Assembly (NCBI GenBank): GCA_937930175.1
Contig: CALGLP010000013.1
Span: forward strand, 267,764-331,763
Direction: 5' to 3'
DNA from: an uncultured bacterium
Lineage (GTDB): Bacteria; Omnitrophota; Gorgyraeia; Zapsychrales; Aceulaceae
Length of the DNA: 64,000 bases
The notes beneath the pieces are model-generated. The model saw only the letters and a list, made by a program, of their open reading frames with translations. It was not told where the DNA came from and did no database searches. Positions 1 through 9,452 of this stretch are shown one piece after another (the first letter of the stretch is position 1; every line of letters starts with the position of its first letter). The position numbers were made by a program, and so were the translations under genes.

Positions 1-348
1 AGGATTATTGATCAAGCCTTGAAGCTTGAAAGTGTTGGATGTTTTAGTCTTGTTCTTGAGTGTATTCCCGACAGGATTGCAGGTTTGATCACCCAAAAGT
101 TAAAGATCCCGACCATTGGCATTGGCGCGGGGCCGTTGTGTGATGGCCAGGTTTTAGTCATGCATGATCTCTTAGGCCTCTTTGATCGCTTTCATCCTAA
201 ATTTGTCAAAACATATGTGGATCTTCGTCCTTTGATCATCAAAGCCGTTGGACGTTATCGTCGTGATGTCACGACCGGAGCTTTTCCAGCAAAAAAGCAA
301 AGTTTTGCCATCCATCCAGATGAATTTAAGAGGATTGATACCCTATGA
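1..348 (+). CDS. panB: 3-methyl-2-oxobutanoate hydroxymethyltransferase (ketopantoate hydroxymethyltransferase), C-terminal part; 5' end lies outside the window
   Basis: Translation (GIGAGPLCDGQVLVMHDLLG...) matches the conserved PanB C-terminal region. The reading frame is open from base 1. Confidence 0.8.
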   Translation, partial: RIIDQALKLESVGCFSLVLECIPDRIAGLITQKLKIPTIGIGAGPLCDGQVLVMHDLLGLFDRFHPKFVKTYVDLRPLIIKAVGRYRRDVTTGAFPAKKQSFAIHPDEFKRIDTL

Positions 349-656
349 GAAAGTGTCCTTTTTGCGCAGAAGAAATTCAAGATGAGGCCTTAAAGTGCCG
401 TTGGTGCGCAGAATTCTTGCAACCTAAGATCGTAACGCCATGGTATTACAAAACAGCGTCGATTGTATCAGGATTTCTTGTGGTTGGGCCTTTGGTCTTG
501 CCGCTTGTGTGGATTCATCCGCAGTATTCGTTAAAGAAAAAAATAGTGATAACGGTGATCATGGTGTTTATTAGTTTCATGCTTTTTAAAGCCTTTAGCA
601 ATTTTCTTGATATGATGAAGGGTTATTATCAGCCTGTCTTTGATGCTTTGTCTTAG
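345..656 (+). CDS. hypothetical membrane protein with N-terminal zinc-ribbon (CPFC...CRWC)
   Basis: ORF overlaps the panB stop by 4 nt. Two CxxC pairs are followed by two hydrophobic segments. Confidence 0.5.
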   Translation: MRKCPFCAEEIQDEALKCRWCAEFLQPKIVTPWYYKTASIVSGFLVVGPLVLPLVWIHPQYSLKKKIVITVIMVFISFMLFKAFSNFLDMMKGYYQPVFDALS

Positions 657-692
657 AGGATGGATTTTTTATAATGTGGATTATGCGGATGG

Positions 693-1115
693 TTGATTGC
701 AAGAAGAGGAAAAAGCTTGAAGCCTTCATTGATGTATAAGCGAAAATTTTATCGTGAAAAAGATTTGGATTCAAAAAATGATATTTCTTTTGGAAGAGAT
801 TTCTTCATTATTGGCGTTGGCCTTGCGCTAACCTTGCTCGGTTTCTTTCTTTTTGGTACGGTGTCGGGTTTAGGGCTTAAGGTTGATCTTCCACGGAAAA
901 TTCGTGTTTTAATCGGTGATGATGGCCGCGTCCTTGATCTCAAAGATACAAAAGTCGCTGCGGAATCTGTCCAAGGATATGTACAGATCGCGATTATTTT
1001 AGGGGTTGCGGCATTTATTATTTTCGTGAGCACGTTTATTATTTTACGCTGGATTAAGAACGAAAACTCTCCCCCAACAAATGAAAAGTCTCCGCCGAGT
1101 CTTTTTAAGAGATAA
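693..1115 (+). CDS. hypothetical membrane protein
   Basis: 140-aa ORF with two predicted TM segments; no recognisable domain. Confidence 0.4.
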   Translation: MIARRGKSLKPSLMYKRKFYREKDLDSKNDISFGRDFFIIGVGLALTLLGFFLFGTVSGLGLKVDLPRKIRVLIGDDGRVLDLKDTKVAAESVQGYVQIAIILGVAAFIIFVSTFIILRWIKNENSPPTNEKSPPSLFKR

Positions 1116-1279
1116 GAAATCTCCTGAAGCGATTCCGCGATTGCACAACAACACCGACCTTTTTCTCTGTGCGTTTTGGTGACGCCCTTATGGTGTCATG
1201 CAAATTCTGGATTTAACTTTAGCGACAAGGAATCTGTGATATACTTAAAATAAGGAGGTGAGAAGACTCGCCCAAGCCT

Positions 1280-1525
1280 ATGGATGTACACGTGTTGCCT
1301 AGGATTTTAGTGTATTTTTTTGGCGTGGGGGGAGTTTTGCTCATTTTGATCCTTTTGTGGACAGCGCAAAAGGCGATCGCTTCTGCTAAAGATCGCTCCA
1401 AATATAAAAGTCAGAAAATTGTTGAAGATTACTATGCCCAGGATGGGAAACCAATTAATTATTCTGTGCTCAGTAGTCAGCTAGTAAAGCGCTGGAAAGA
1501 AAACGCAGAGTCGTGGAACGACTAG
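1280..1525 (+). CDS. small hypothetical membrane protein
   Basis: 81-aa ORF with one TM segment. An AGGAGG-like motif lies about 20 nt upstream, which is far for an RBS. A competing minus-strand ORF exists at 1219..1401. Confidence 0.3.
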   Translation: MDVHVLPRILVYFFGVGGVLLILILLWTAQKAIASAKDRSKYKSQKIVEDYYAQDGKPINYSVLSSQLVKRWKENAESWND

Positions 1526-1588
1526 GTTTTGGTAATTGCCCGACGTGAATGATCTCTTGTCTATAAACATAGTTTATCCTCTCTCAAG

Positions 1589-2059
1589 ATGACCTCTTTA
1601 AGTTCGATGAAAAATCAAACAAACAGGCGAGGTTGTGTTGTCGCTCTTTGCATTTCCAAGCAAAAGCATGTTGCCAAAACTCAAGTTTCCAGCGTTTATT
1701 TAAAGAAAAATTTTGGTTTGGAACACGATGCCCATGCGGGAGCAACGCATCGGCAGGTGAGTTTTTTAAGTGACGAGTCCATTTTAAGAATGAAGAAGGA
1801 TGGCGCCATTGTTTCTTATGGGAGCTTTGGCGAGAATATCGTTGTCAAAGGTTTTGCTTGGGAAGAGCTTAAGGTCGGTGACCATCTCAAAATAGGAGCA
1901 GCTGCTGTTGTGGAAGTTACACAGCTTGGCAAGGAATGTCATGCTCCCTGTGCTATTTCGCAGCAGGCTGGCTACTGTATCATGCCAGTGGAGGGCGTTT
2001 TTGCCCGCGTGATTACATCGGGGGTTGTTAAAACTATGGACCCGATCGCGCGGATTTAG
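1589..2059 (+). CDS. MOSC domain-containing protein (YiiM-like)
   Basis: GENIVVKG...VGDHLKIG...VEVTQLGKECHAPC motif pattern, typical of the MOSC beta-barrel with a conserved Cys. Confidence 0.7.
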   Translation: MTSLSSMKNQTNRRGCVVALCISKQKHVAKTQVSSVYLKKNFGLEHDAHAGATHRQVSFLSDESILRMKKDGAIVSYGSFGENIVVKGFAWEELKVGDHLKIGAAAVVEVTQLGKECHAPCAISQQAGYCIMPVEGVFARVITSGVVKTMDPIARI

Positions 2060-2171
2060 ATCGATCTGAAAAAGCCCCATTTTTTTATATCAAAAAGCTT
2101 GATTTTGTTAAATCTTTCCGATAAAATACAACTTCAAATCGTCTAAGTTGATCTAGTTAAAATGAAATCGG

Positions 2172-2206
2172 CATACCACCGATGGTAATCGGTGGTTTTT
2201 TCTAAC
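2172..2206 (+). terminator. intrinsic terminator-like hairpin (ACCACCGAT-GGTA-ATCGGTGGT followed by TTTTTT), 15 nt upstream of the glyQS start
   Basis: Perfect 9-bp stem with a 4-nt loop and a U-run. It could terminate the MOSC gene or act as an attenuator for glyQS. Confidence 0.55.
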
Positions 2207-2220
2207 AGGAAAAACCCTCA

Positions 2221-3537
2221 ATGTCTCAAGACAATCTCATGGAAAAGATCGTTTCCCTTTGCAAGCGCAGAGGCTTCATTTTTCAGTCTTCCGAAATCTA
2301 TGGCGGGCTGGGAAGTGTTTGGGATTATGGGCCCCTTGGGGTTGAGCTCAAGCGTAATGTGAAGGATGCCTGGTGGAAGGCCATGGTTCATGGGCGCGAT
2401 GACATGGTTGGACTCGACGCGGGCATTTTGATGCACCCTAAGACCTGGAAGGCCTCTGGACACACGGAAAATTTTTCTGATATTTTAGTGGATTGCAAAA
2501 CGTGCAAGAAGCGATTTCGCAAGGATCATGTGGGCGATACCTGTCCTGAATGCGGGGCCAAAGATTTTACTGAAGGCCGCGCTTTTAACTTGATGATGAA
2601 GACGTATTTAGGCGCGGTGGAGGATGAGAATAGCCTTTCTTATCTTCGACCCGAAACGGCCCAGGGCATTTTTGTTAATTTTGCCAATGTCGTGGATACG
2701 ATGCACAAGCGCTTGCCTTTTGGCGTGGCGCAAATCGGCAAATCGTTTCGTAATGAAATCACCCCAGGCAATTTTGTTTTTCGCACCCGTGAATTTGAGC
2801 AGATGGAAATTGAATATTTTACACAGCCTGAGGACGCCGACAAGATGTATGAAGAGTGGATTGCCGAGCGTTATCGCTGGTATTTAGATTTGGGGATCAA
2901 AAAAGAAACGCTTCGCCTGCGTCCCCATGCCCAAGATGAGTTGGCGCATTATGCCAAGGGATGCACGGATATTGAATATTTATTTCCCTTTGGATGGTCC
3001 GAGCTTGAAGGCATTGCCAATCGCACGGATTATGATTTGAAGCAGCATGCCAAGCATTCGGGTAAAAATCTTCAATACAAAGACCCCGTGAGCGGTCAAG
3101 AGTTTTATCCGTTTATTATTGAGCCTTCTGGTGGCGTGGATCGCGCGACGTTGGCGTTTCTAACCGACGCGTATTGCGAAGAACAGGTCAATGACGCTAC
3201 ACGCGTTGTTTTAAAGTTTAGCAAGCATTTGGCTCCAATCAAGGTCGCGGTTCTTCCGCTCTTGAAAAAAAACGCCGAACTTGTTACAATGGCAAGGCGC
3301 CTTAAGGGCGATTTATCAAAAATCTTTACCACGGTCTATGATGATACGGCGTCGATTGGTAAACTCTATCGCCGTCAAGATGAAGTGGGAACGTTTTTTT
3401 GTGTGACTGTGGATGTGGATTCGCTCACCGATCATCAGGTCACGGTACGGCATCGGGATACGATGAAGCAGGACAGGATTTCGATTGAACATGTGAAAGA
3501 GTATTTAGGGCAACAATTCTCAACCAACAATAGCTAG
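2221..3537 (+). CDS. glyQS: glycine--tRNA ligase (dimeric class II type)
   Basis: 438 aa. The N-terminus FIFQSSEIYGGLGSVWDYGPLGVELKRNVKDAWW is a GlyRS class II signature. A zinc-ribbon insertion (CKTCKKRF...CPECG) is present. Confidence 0.9.
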   Translation: MSQDNLMEKIVSLCKRRGFIFQSSEIYGGLGSVWDYGPLGVELKRNVKDAWWKAMVHGRDDMVGLDAGILMHPKTWKASGHTENFSDILVDCKTCKKRFRKDHVGDTCPECGAKDFTEGRAFNLMMKTYLGAVEDENSLSYLRPETAQGIFVNFANVVDTMHKRLPFGVAQIGKSFRNEITPGNFVFRTREFEQMEIEYFTQPEDADKMYEEWIAERYRWYLDLGIKKETLRLRPHAQDELAHYAKGCTDIEYLFPFGWSELEGIANRTDYDLKQHAKHSGKNLQYKDPVSGQEFYPFIIEPSGGVDRATLAFLTDAYCEEQVNDATRVVLKFSKHLAPIKVAVLPLLKKNAELVTMARRLKGDLSKIFTTVYDDTASIGKLYRRQDEVGTFFCVTVDVDSLTDHQVTVRHRDTMKQDRISIEHVKEYLGQQFSTNNS

Positions 3538-3538
3538 T

Positions 3539-3646
3539 CCCGTTAGAGAGTAGTAAAGCATTTACGGGGCAAGCTACGGTAGCTAAAATCATAATTAACT
3601 TTTGTTGAGATGACTGCTTTTCAAGTCTGCAGGCTCTCTAACGGGG
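3539..3646 (+). repeat. copy A of the intergenic inverted-repeat element (arms CCCGTTAGAGAG / CTCTCTAACGGGG, interior of about 83 nt). It lies between glyQS and ppdK.
   Basis: Perfect 12-nt terminal inverted repeat. The arms are nearly identical to those of copies B-E at 13.5-16.0 kb, but the interior is divergent. Confidence 0.6.
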
Positions 3647-3671
3647 TAAAGAAAGGTCAAGGGCAGAAGCA

Positions 3672-6428
3672 ATGGCAAGTAAGGTAAAAAAGTATGTGTA
3701 CGCGTTTGGGGGTGGAAAAGCTGATGGCAATGAATCGATGAAAAATCTTCTTGGCGGTAAAGGGGCTAATCTCGCCGAGATGGCAGGCAATAAAAATTTA
3801 AGACTTCCCGTTCCTCCAGGCTTCACAATCACAACTGATGTGTGTACGTATTATTATGCTAATAAAAAGAAATATCCTTCTGAGCTCAAGGCGCAAGTTA
3901 AGGCCGCAATGCTTACCGTGGAAAGCATTATGGGTAAGAAGTTTGGCGATGTCAAAGATCCACTTTTGATGTCCGTGCGCTCTGGCGCAAGAAAATCGAT
4001 GCCGGGCATGATGGATACGGTCTTAAATGTGGGTTTAAACGATGAGACTGTTCAGGGATTGATTAAGAAGACTAATAATCCACGCTTTGCCTATGATGCC
4101 TATCGTAGACTTGTGATGATGTATGCGGATGTTGTGATGGAAAAAGCTGCCGGTCGAGAACCAGCCCGCGGCAAGGGGATCAGAAAATTGATGGATGAAA
4201 AATTAAGTGAGCTTAAGTATTCCAAGGGTTACAAATTGGATACGGATCTCTCCGCTGAAGATCTCAAGGGTTTGGTCGCCGAGTTTAAAGATATGGTGAA
4301 AAAAGAAATGGGCCAGGCCTTCCCGGAAAAACCTGAAGATCAGCTTTGGGGTGGAATTGGCGCTGTATTTATGTCATGGAATGGTAAGCGTGCTATTGAT
4401 TATCGTCGCATCGAACGCATTCCAGATGAGTGGGGAACCGCGGTTAATGTGCAGGCCATGGTTTTTGGTAATATGGGTGACAACTCAGCGACGGGTGTTG
4501 CCTTTACGCGAAATCCCGGGAATGGTGAAAAGTATTTTTACGGTGAGTATTTGGTCAACGCTCAGGGTGAAGATGTTGTCGCGGGGATTCGTACACCAGC
4601 TCCCATCAACGATCAGAGCAAAAATGCCCAAAGCGCGAATTTGACGACGCTCGAGAAATTCATGCCCGCGATCTATCAAGAGCTTTTCGATATCCAGAAA
4701 AGACTTGAAAATCACTACAAGGACATGCAGGATATTGAGTTTACCATCGAGAACGGAAAACTGTTCATGCTTCAGTGTCGTGTTGGTAAGCGCAATGGTA
4801 CCGCCGCTGTTCGTATTGCGATTGACATGTATAAGGAAAAGTTTATTGATGCCGCGACCGCGGTTCAACGTGTTCCTTCGCATCAGCTCGTTGAGCTTCT
4901 TCTTCCGATGACAGATCCTAAGGCTGAGGCCGCGACGAAGATTATCGCTAAAGGACTTCCAGCCGGGCCTGGTGGCGCGGTGGGACGCGTTGTTTTTTCA
5001 TCTGCCGAGGCTGTCAAATGGGCGGAGCGAGGCGAAAAAGTGATTCTCGTACGCGAAGAAACATCTCCAGAAGATGTCGATGGTATGCATAAATCCGAAG
5101 CCATTTTGACCTCTAAGGGTGGGATGACATCGCATGCGGCGTTGGTTGCCCGCGGCTGGGGCAAATGCTGCATCGTGGGTTGTGAAGGTCTTGAAATTGC
5201 CGACGATGAAAAATCGTTTACAACGAAAAGTGGCGTGGTCGTTAAAGAAGGGGATTGGATTACTTTAAATGGAACCAAGGGAACTGTTTGCGCTGGCAAG
5301 CTCCCATTGGTGGATCCAGACCTGGAACATAACGATGCGTTTAAAGAGTTGATGAAGCTTGTGGATAAGTTTCGAACTATGAAGGTGCGTACTAATGCTG
5401 ACACACCTAAAGACACTAAGAAGGCGATTGAGTTTGGTGCTGAAGGGATCGGTCTTTTCCGTACCGAGCATATGTTCTATGGCGAAGGAAGTGACAAGCC
5501 ATTATTTTTGTTGCGAAAAATGATCATGTCGAAAACGATCGAAGAAAGAAAGGCCGCTTTGGCGGAGCTTTCCGTTTTCGTGAAAAATGATATCAAGGCC
5601 ACCATGGAAGCGTTGAATGGCTTCCCGATTACCATCCGTTTGCTTGATCCGCCGCTTCATGAGTTCGTTCCCCATAGCGAAGATAAGATCGCTGATATGG
5701 CTAAGGAACTTGGCATTAGCGTTGAAGAAGCCAAGAAGCGCGGCGAAGGCTTAAAGGAAAGCAATCCGATGATGGGTCATCGTGGTGTTCGCTTAGGGGT
5801 GACCTATCCTGAAGTGACCGAGATGCAGGTGCGTGCGATTCTGGAAGCCGCTGCTGAGCTTGTCAAAGCTGGCAAAAAGGTTAATCCAGAGATCATGATC
5901 CCTGTTGTCTGCACGGAGAAAGAACTTTTGGATCAGAAGCTGATTGTTGATCGTATCTATAAGGAAGTCTGCGTTAAATATAGTCTTAAGAAGTTTAATT
6001 ATATGTTTGGGACTATGATTGAAATCCCACGCGCGGCCTTGCAGGCTGGTAAGATTGCTGAAATTGCTGAGTTTTTCAGCTTCGGCACCAATGATCTCAC
6101 GCAGATGAGTTTCGGGTTTTCTCGCGACGATATCGGTGGATTTTTGCAAGATTATATTGGCAGGAAGATTCTTCTTGATGATCCGTTTGGAACGATTGAT
6201 CAAGACGGTGTCGGTGAGTTGATGAAGATTGGTATCGAGCGTGGACGTAAGGTCAAAAAAGACCTTAAAATTGGTATCTGCGGTGAGCATGGCGGAGAGT
6301 CAAAATCCGTGGAGTTCTGTCATGCCGTTGGCATGGATTATGTTTCATGTTCACCGTTTCGAGTTCCGATTGCACGTTTGGCTGCTGCCCAAGCGGCGTT
6401 GAAAAGTACGAAAAAAGGAAAAAAATAA
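3672..6428 (+). CDS. ppdK: pyruvate, phosphate dikinase
   Basis: 918 aa. Matches the PPDK N-terminus (YVYAFGGGKADGNESMKNLLGGKGANLAEM) and contains the phosphohistidine and PEP-utilising domains. Confidence 0.95.
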   Translation: MASKVKKYVYAFGGGKADGNESMKNLLGGKGANLAEMAGNKNLRLPVPPGFTITTDVCTYYYANKKKYPSELKAQVKAAMLTVESIMGKKFGDVKDPLLMSVRSGARKSMPGMMDTVLNVGLNDETVQGLIKKTNNPRFAYDAYRRLVMMYADVVMEKAAGREPARGKGIRKLMDEKLSELKYSKGYKLDTDLSAEDLKGLVAEFKDMVKKEMGQAFPEKPEDQLWGGIGAVFMSWNGKRAIDYRRIERIPDEWGTAVNVQAMVFGNMGDNSATGVAFTRNPGNGEKYFYGEYLVNAQGEDVVAGIRTPAPINDQSKNAQSANLTTLEKFMPAIYQELFDIQKRLENHYKDMQDIEFTIENGKLFMLQCRVGKRNGTAAVRIAIDMYKEKFIDAATAVQRVPSHQLVELLLPMTDPKAEAATKIIAKGLPAGPGGAVGRVVFSSAEAVKWAERGEKVILVREETSPEDVDGMHKSEAILTSKGGMTSHAALVARGWGKCCIVGCEGLEIADDEKSFTTKSGVVVKEGDWITLNGTKGTVCAGKLPLVDPDLEHNDAFKELMKLVDKFRTMKVRTNADTPKDTKKAIEFGAEGIGLFRTEHMFYGEGSDKPLFLLRKMIMSKTIEERKAALAELSVFVKNDIKATMEALNGFPITIRLLDPPLHEFVPHSEDKIADMAKELGISVEEAKKRGEGLKESNPMMGHRGVRLGVTYPEVTEMQVRAILEAAAELVKAGKKVNPEIMIPVVCTEKELLDQKLIVDRIYKEVCVKYSLKKFNYMFGTMIEIPRAALQAGKIAEIAEFFSFGTNDLTQMSFGFSRDDIGGFLQDYIGRKILLDDPFGTIDQDGVGELMKIGIERGRKVKKDLKIGICGEHGGESKSVEFCHAVGMDYVSCSPFRVPIARLAAAQAALKSTKKGKK

Positions 6429-6431
6429 AGC

Positions 6432-7283
6432 ATGGATCCAGTTCGCGCGTATTTTAAAGATGTCCGGACCATTCCCTTGTTAACTCCTGAGGAAGAGATT
6501 GATCTTGCCAAAAGGATTAAAAAAGGAGATGAAAAGGCGCGTGAACATATGATCAAGGCGAATTTGCGCTTGGTGATCAGCATTGCTAAGCGTTATATGA
6601 ATCTTGGGATCCCTTTGAGTGATCTGATTGAAGAAGGCAATATCGGTTTGATGCGTGCCGTCGATAAATTTGATCCTTCCAAGGGATTCCGTTTTTCTAC
6701 TTATGGGGCGTGGTGGATTAAACAAAGCGTGTCCCGCGCGATTGTCGATCAGGGCAAGATGATCCGCATTCCTGTGTATATGAATGAAGAGCTTGCCAAA
6801 TATAAAAAGGCTATTGAACAATTAACACACAAACTTAAGCGTAAGCCGCGCATCTCAGAGATCGCTAAAAAAATGCAAGTTGGCGTTGATAAGGTGCGCG
6901 ATTTGTTTCAGTGCGTGACTAAGATGTCAAGCTTAGACGCGCCTATTGGCGAGGACGGGGAAGGCCAGTTTATTGATCTGGTGGAGGATACAAGTATTGA
7001 GGCTCCTCACGAAGAATTGGATAGTTTTCTTAACAAAGAGCGTACCACGGACTTTCTTGCTATGATCACCGATAAAGAGCGAGAGGTTTTGGAAATGCGC
7101 CATGGCATCATCGATGGCGATAAAAAGACCTTGGCTCAGATTGCCAAAGCTATGGGCGTCTCCCGTGAGCGTATCCGTCAGATCGAATTTATCGCTATTC
7201 AAAAATTACGTAAACTTTTTAAACGCCATGAAAAAGGACCAGACGATCATGTTTCTGAAGAAAGTATTGAAACCGAAGATTAA
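6432..7283 (+). CDS. RNA polymerase sigma factor, sigma-70 family (regions 1.2, 2, 3 and 4 present)
   Basis: Region 2 (DLIEEGNIGLMRAVDKFD...GFRFSTYGAWWIKQS) and a region 4 HTH (LAQIAKAMGVSRERIRQIEFIAIQKLRK). Starts 4 nt after the ppdK stop. Confidence 0.85.
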   Translation: MDPVRAYFKDVRTIPLLTPEEEIDLAKRIKKGDEKAREHMIKANLRLVISIAKRYMNLGIPLSDLIEEGNIGLMRAVDKFDPSKGFRFSTYGAWWIKQSVSRAIVDQGKMIRIPVYMNEELAKYKKAIEQLTHKLKRKPRISEIAKKMQVGVDKVRDLFQCVTKMSSLDAPIGEDGEGQFIDLVEDTSIEAPHEELDSFLNKERTTDFLAMITDKEREVLEMRHGIIDGDKKTLAQIAKAMGVSRERIRQIEFIAIQKLRKLFKRHEKGPDDHVSEESIETED

Positions 7284-8127
7284 AACGGCCAAGACCTTTG
7301 CATTGATTATGCCTCGCTTTGAGGACGTGGATCATTCATTTTATGCTGAAGAGATTCTAAAGGGTATTGGCTTGACCGCTAGCCGTCTTAAGGTAGATAT
7401 CTTATTTCATGTGACCGAGCGCTATGATCATCAGGATTGGCTTAATAGTAAGATTTTGGATCCCCAATACATCGACGGTATTATCTTTGCGGATATTGAT
7501 AATGACGTGCAAACTCTTCAGAAGGTGATTGCGACTGGCATTCCTTATGTGGTCTTAAATAATATTTTTCAAGAGCCGATCAACAGCATTGCTGTGGATA
7601 ATTTTAAGGCTGCTTTTGATGTCATTGAGCATTTGATTGCCTTGGGCCATCAGAGGATCGCGATTGTCTCTGGGGATCAGCGCACCCAAGCCGGACGCCT
7701 TCGCTTGGAAGGGTATCAAGAAGCCTTGAAGGCTCATCAGATTGACGCCAAGAAAGAATATATCAAATATGGAGAATTTCTACGTACGCCATCGCGCAAG
7801 GCTGCGCAAGAACTTTTTGCTCTTACCGAGCGTCCAACCGCTGTTTTTGCGTGTTCCGATGTCATGGCCATGGAAGTGATTGCCGAAGCCAAGACGCGGA
7901 CCATCAGTGTTCCTCAAGAGCTTTCGGTTGTGGGTTTTGATGACAACCCAATTAATATTCATAGCTCGGTCAAGCTTGCGACGATTGCCCAGCCTCTTAA
8001 AGAAATGGGACGGCTTGGACTTGAGAAACTTAATCTTATTTGCGAGGGCAAGATCGGCGTGCCTGTCCAGGTCTTGTTGGGAACACGCTTAATTGAGCGT
8101 GATTCCATGACGCGGCTTGCTTGTTAA
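7249..8127 (+). CDS. LacI-family periplasmic-binding-fold (sugar-binding) domain protein with no N-terminal HTH
   Basis: Ligand-binding-domain motifs of the LacI/GalR family (IAIVSGD...RLEGYQEAL, VFACSDVMAMEVI, LSVVGFDD). The ORF overlaps the 3' end of the sigma-factor gene in another frame. No HTH is encoded in any upstream extension. Start codon uncertain (7228 or 7249). Confidence 0.55.
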   Translation: MFLKKVLKPKIKTAKTFALIMPRFEDVDHSFYAEEILKGIGLTASRLKVDILFHVTERYDHQDWLNSKILDPQYIDGIIFADIDNDVQTLQKVIATGIPYVVLNNIFQEPINSIAVDNFKAAFDVIEHLIALGHQRIAIVSGDQRTQAGRLRLEGYQEALKAHQIDAKKEYIKYGEFLRTPSRKAAQELFALTERPTAVFACSDVMAMEVIAEAKTRTISVPQELSVVGFDDNPINIHSSVKLATIAQPLKEMGRLGLEKLNLICEGKIGVPVQVLLGTRLIERDSMTRLAC

Positions 8128-8143
8128 GAGGAGATAAGAACTC

Positions 8144-8665
8144 ATGAACGCAAAACTTTTGAGCGCCTGCATTCGCGACATTCCCGATTTTCCCAAAAAA
8201 GGAATCCTTTTTAAAGACATCACGACCCTTTTGAATAGCCAAGAAGCGTTTAAGGCGTCCATTGATTTATTGGCCGAAAAAGTGAAAGGCCAGAATATCG
8301 ATTATGTGATTTCCGTGGAATCCCGCGGTTTTATTTTTGGTGCAGCCTTAGCCTATAAGCTTGGCGCAGGTTTTGTCCCTGTGCGCAAGAAAGGCAAATT
8401 ACCGTCTCAGACCAAGAGCGTGACCTATGCGCTCGAATACGGCACTGATACTCTGGAAATGCACGAGGATGCCATTCGACAAAAAGCCAAGGTGCTGGTC
8501 GTCGATGATTTGCTCGCAACCGGCGGAACCGTCGAGGCTGTCATGAAACTTCTTGAAACCTTTCAAGCTTCTATTGTGGGTATTGTGTTTTTGATTGAGC
8601 TAACCTTTCTGCATGGCCGCGACAAGTTAAAGAAGTATCCTGTACATTCGATCATTCAGTATTAG
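8144..8665 (+). CDS. apt: adenine phosphoribosyltransferase
   Basis: Carries the PRPP-binding motif VLVVDDLLATGGT and the APRT N-terminus DFPKKGILFKDIT. Confidence 0.9.
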   Translation: MNAKLLSACIRDIPDFPKKGILFKDITTLLNSQEAFKASIDLLAEKVKGQNIDYVISVESRGFIFGAALAYKLGAGFVPVRKKGKLPSQTKSVTYALEYGTDTLEMHEDAIRQKAKVLVVDDLLATGGTVEAVMKLLETFQASIVGIVFLIELTFLHGRDKLKKYPVHSIIQY

Positions 8666-8708
8666 CCCTGGTGTTTTTCAAGCCCGCTTATTGATAAGAG
8701 GAAATATC

Positions 8709-9140
8709 ATGCTTAGGCAATGGTTGCAAAAGTTCTGGCCATCAAAAAAGAATGATGTCTCTTCCGTCAAAATATTAATCATTGAAGACAATCTTGTTGA
8801 TGCACGGATGATCAAAAAGGCTGTTGATCTTTGCGGTTTTAGCGCACTCATCGCTTATGATGGCAAAAACGGCATTGCCATGGCTCAGGCGCATAAGCCG
8901 GATTTGATTATCTTGGATTATCGCCTTCCTGATATGAATGGTGGCGAGGTCTTAGAAGCCTTGCGCTCCACAAAAGAGACCTCCACGGAAACCGTGATGG
9001 TTTTGACCGTGTTTGATACCTCTGAAGTTGTCATTGATTCCTTTATCCATGGCGCGGATCAGTATTTTACCAAACCGATTAGCGTGGCGTCTTTGGCTAA
9101 GCAGATCAAAGCGATGCTTCGTCAGCCGCATGAAGATTAA
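8709..9140 (+). CDS. single-domain response regulator (CheY-like receiver)
   Basis: Receiver-domain acidic pocket and phospho-acceptor Asp context (ILIIEDN...DLIILDYRLPDMNG). AAGAGG lies 7 nt upstream of the ATG at 8709. Confidence 0.75.
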   Translation: MLRQWLQKFWPSKKNDVSSVKILIIEDNLVDARMIKKAVDLCGFSALIAYDGKNGIAMAQAHKPDLIILDYRLPDMNGGEVLEALRSTKETSTETVMVLTVFDTSEVVIDSFIHGADQYFTKPISVASLAKQIKAMLRQPHED

Positions 9141-9281
9141 GGCACGAGGGAAAAAGGCGCGCAAGTTTATCTAGATCTTTGAAAAGTGTTTTCATTTTGC
9201 GCCTGCCCCGATTGCTCTAGAAAGGCATCATGGTCCTCGGGACAAGCGCAAAATTTCCTAGAAATGATAATAATGAATCTT

Positions 9282-9372
9282 GCGCCTTGCTCACAGCCTT
9301 CTTTGAATTTAGATTTCAGAGAAGCTGGAGCAGGTGCATCCTTCCTTGAGAGGACATTAGCGTAGATGCGCC
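9282..9372 (+). repeat. 91-bp direct repeat, copy 1 (upstream of tRNA-Arg)
   Basis: Identical at 90 of 91 positions to 9453..9543. A degenerate third partial copy lies between them at about 9390..9420. Confidence 0.8.
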
Positions 9373-9452
9373 TTGTCCGCAACTGTCCTTGAATTTAAAT
9401 CAGAGGAAGTTGGGGCAGGCTCATTTCTTCTGGAAGTTATATTTAGGAAAAT

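Noticed and set aside
1219-1401. 60-aa minus-strand ORF overlapping the 1280..1525 plus-strand ORF
   Set aside because: The two are mutually exclusive and neither has strong support. The plus-strand ORF was kept at low confidence because it matches the orientation of all neighbours and encodes a TM helix.
2060-2220. T-box riboswitch upstream of glyQS
   Set aside because: The leader is only about 160 nt. I could not find the conserved T-box sequence (AANNNGGGTGGNACCGCG) or a specifier-loop arrangement. Only a simple terminator hairpin is evident.
4485-5416. Minus-strand ORFs of 132 aa (4485..4883) and 177 aa (4883..5416) inside ppdK
   Set aside because: They lie entirely antisense to a highly conserved, confidently identified ppdK CDS. 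Their composition is low-complexity (Ser/Thr/Leu-rich), typical of shadow ORFs.
7102-7248. Longer 5' extension of the LacI-like ORF starting at 7102
   Set aside because: The extension lies wholly inside the sigma-factor gene (region 4) in another frame and encodes no HTH. An internal ATG at 7249 or 7228 is a more plausible start.
9167-9382. 71-aa minus-strand ORF
   Set aside because: It lies over the 91-bp direct-repeat region upstream of the tRNA and has no RBS or domain. It is most likely non-coding.
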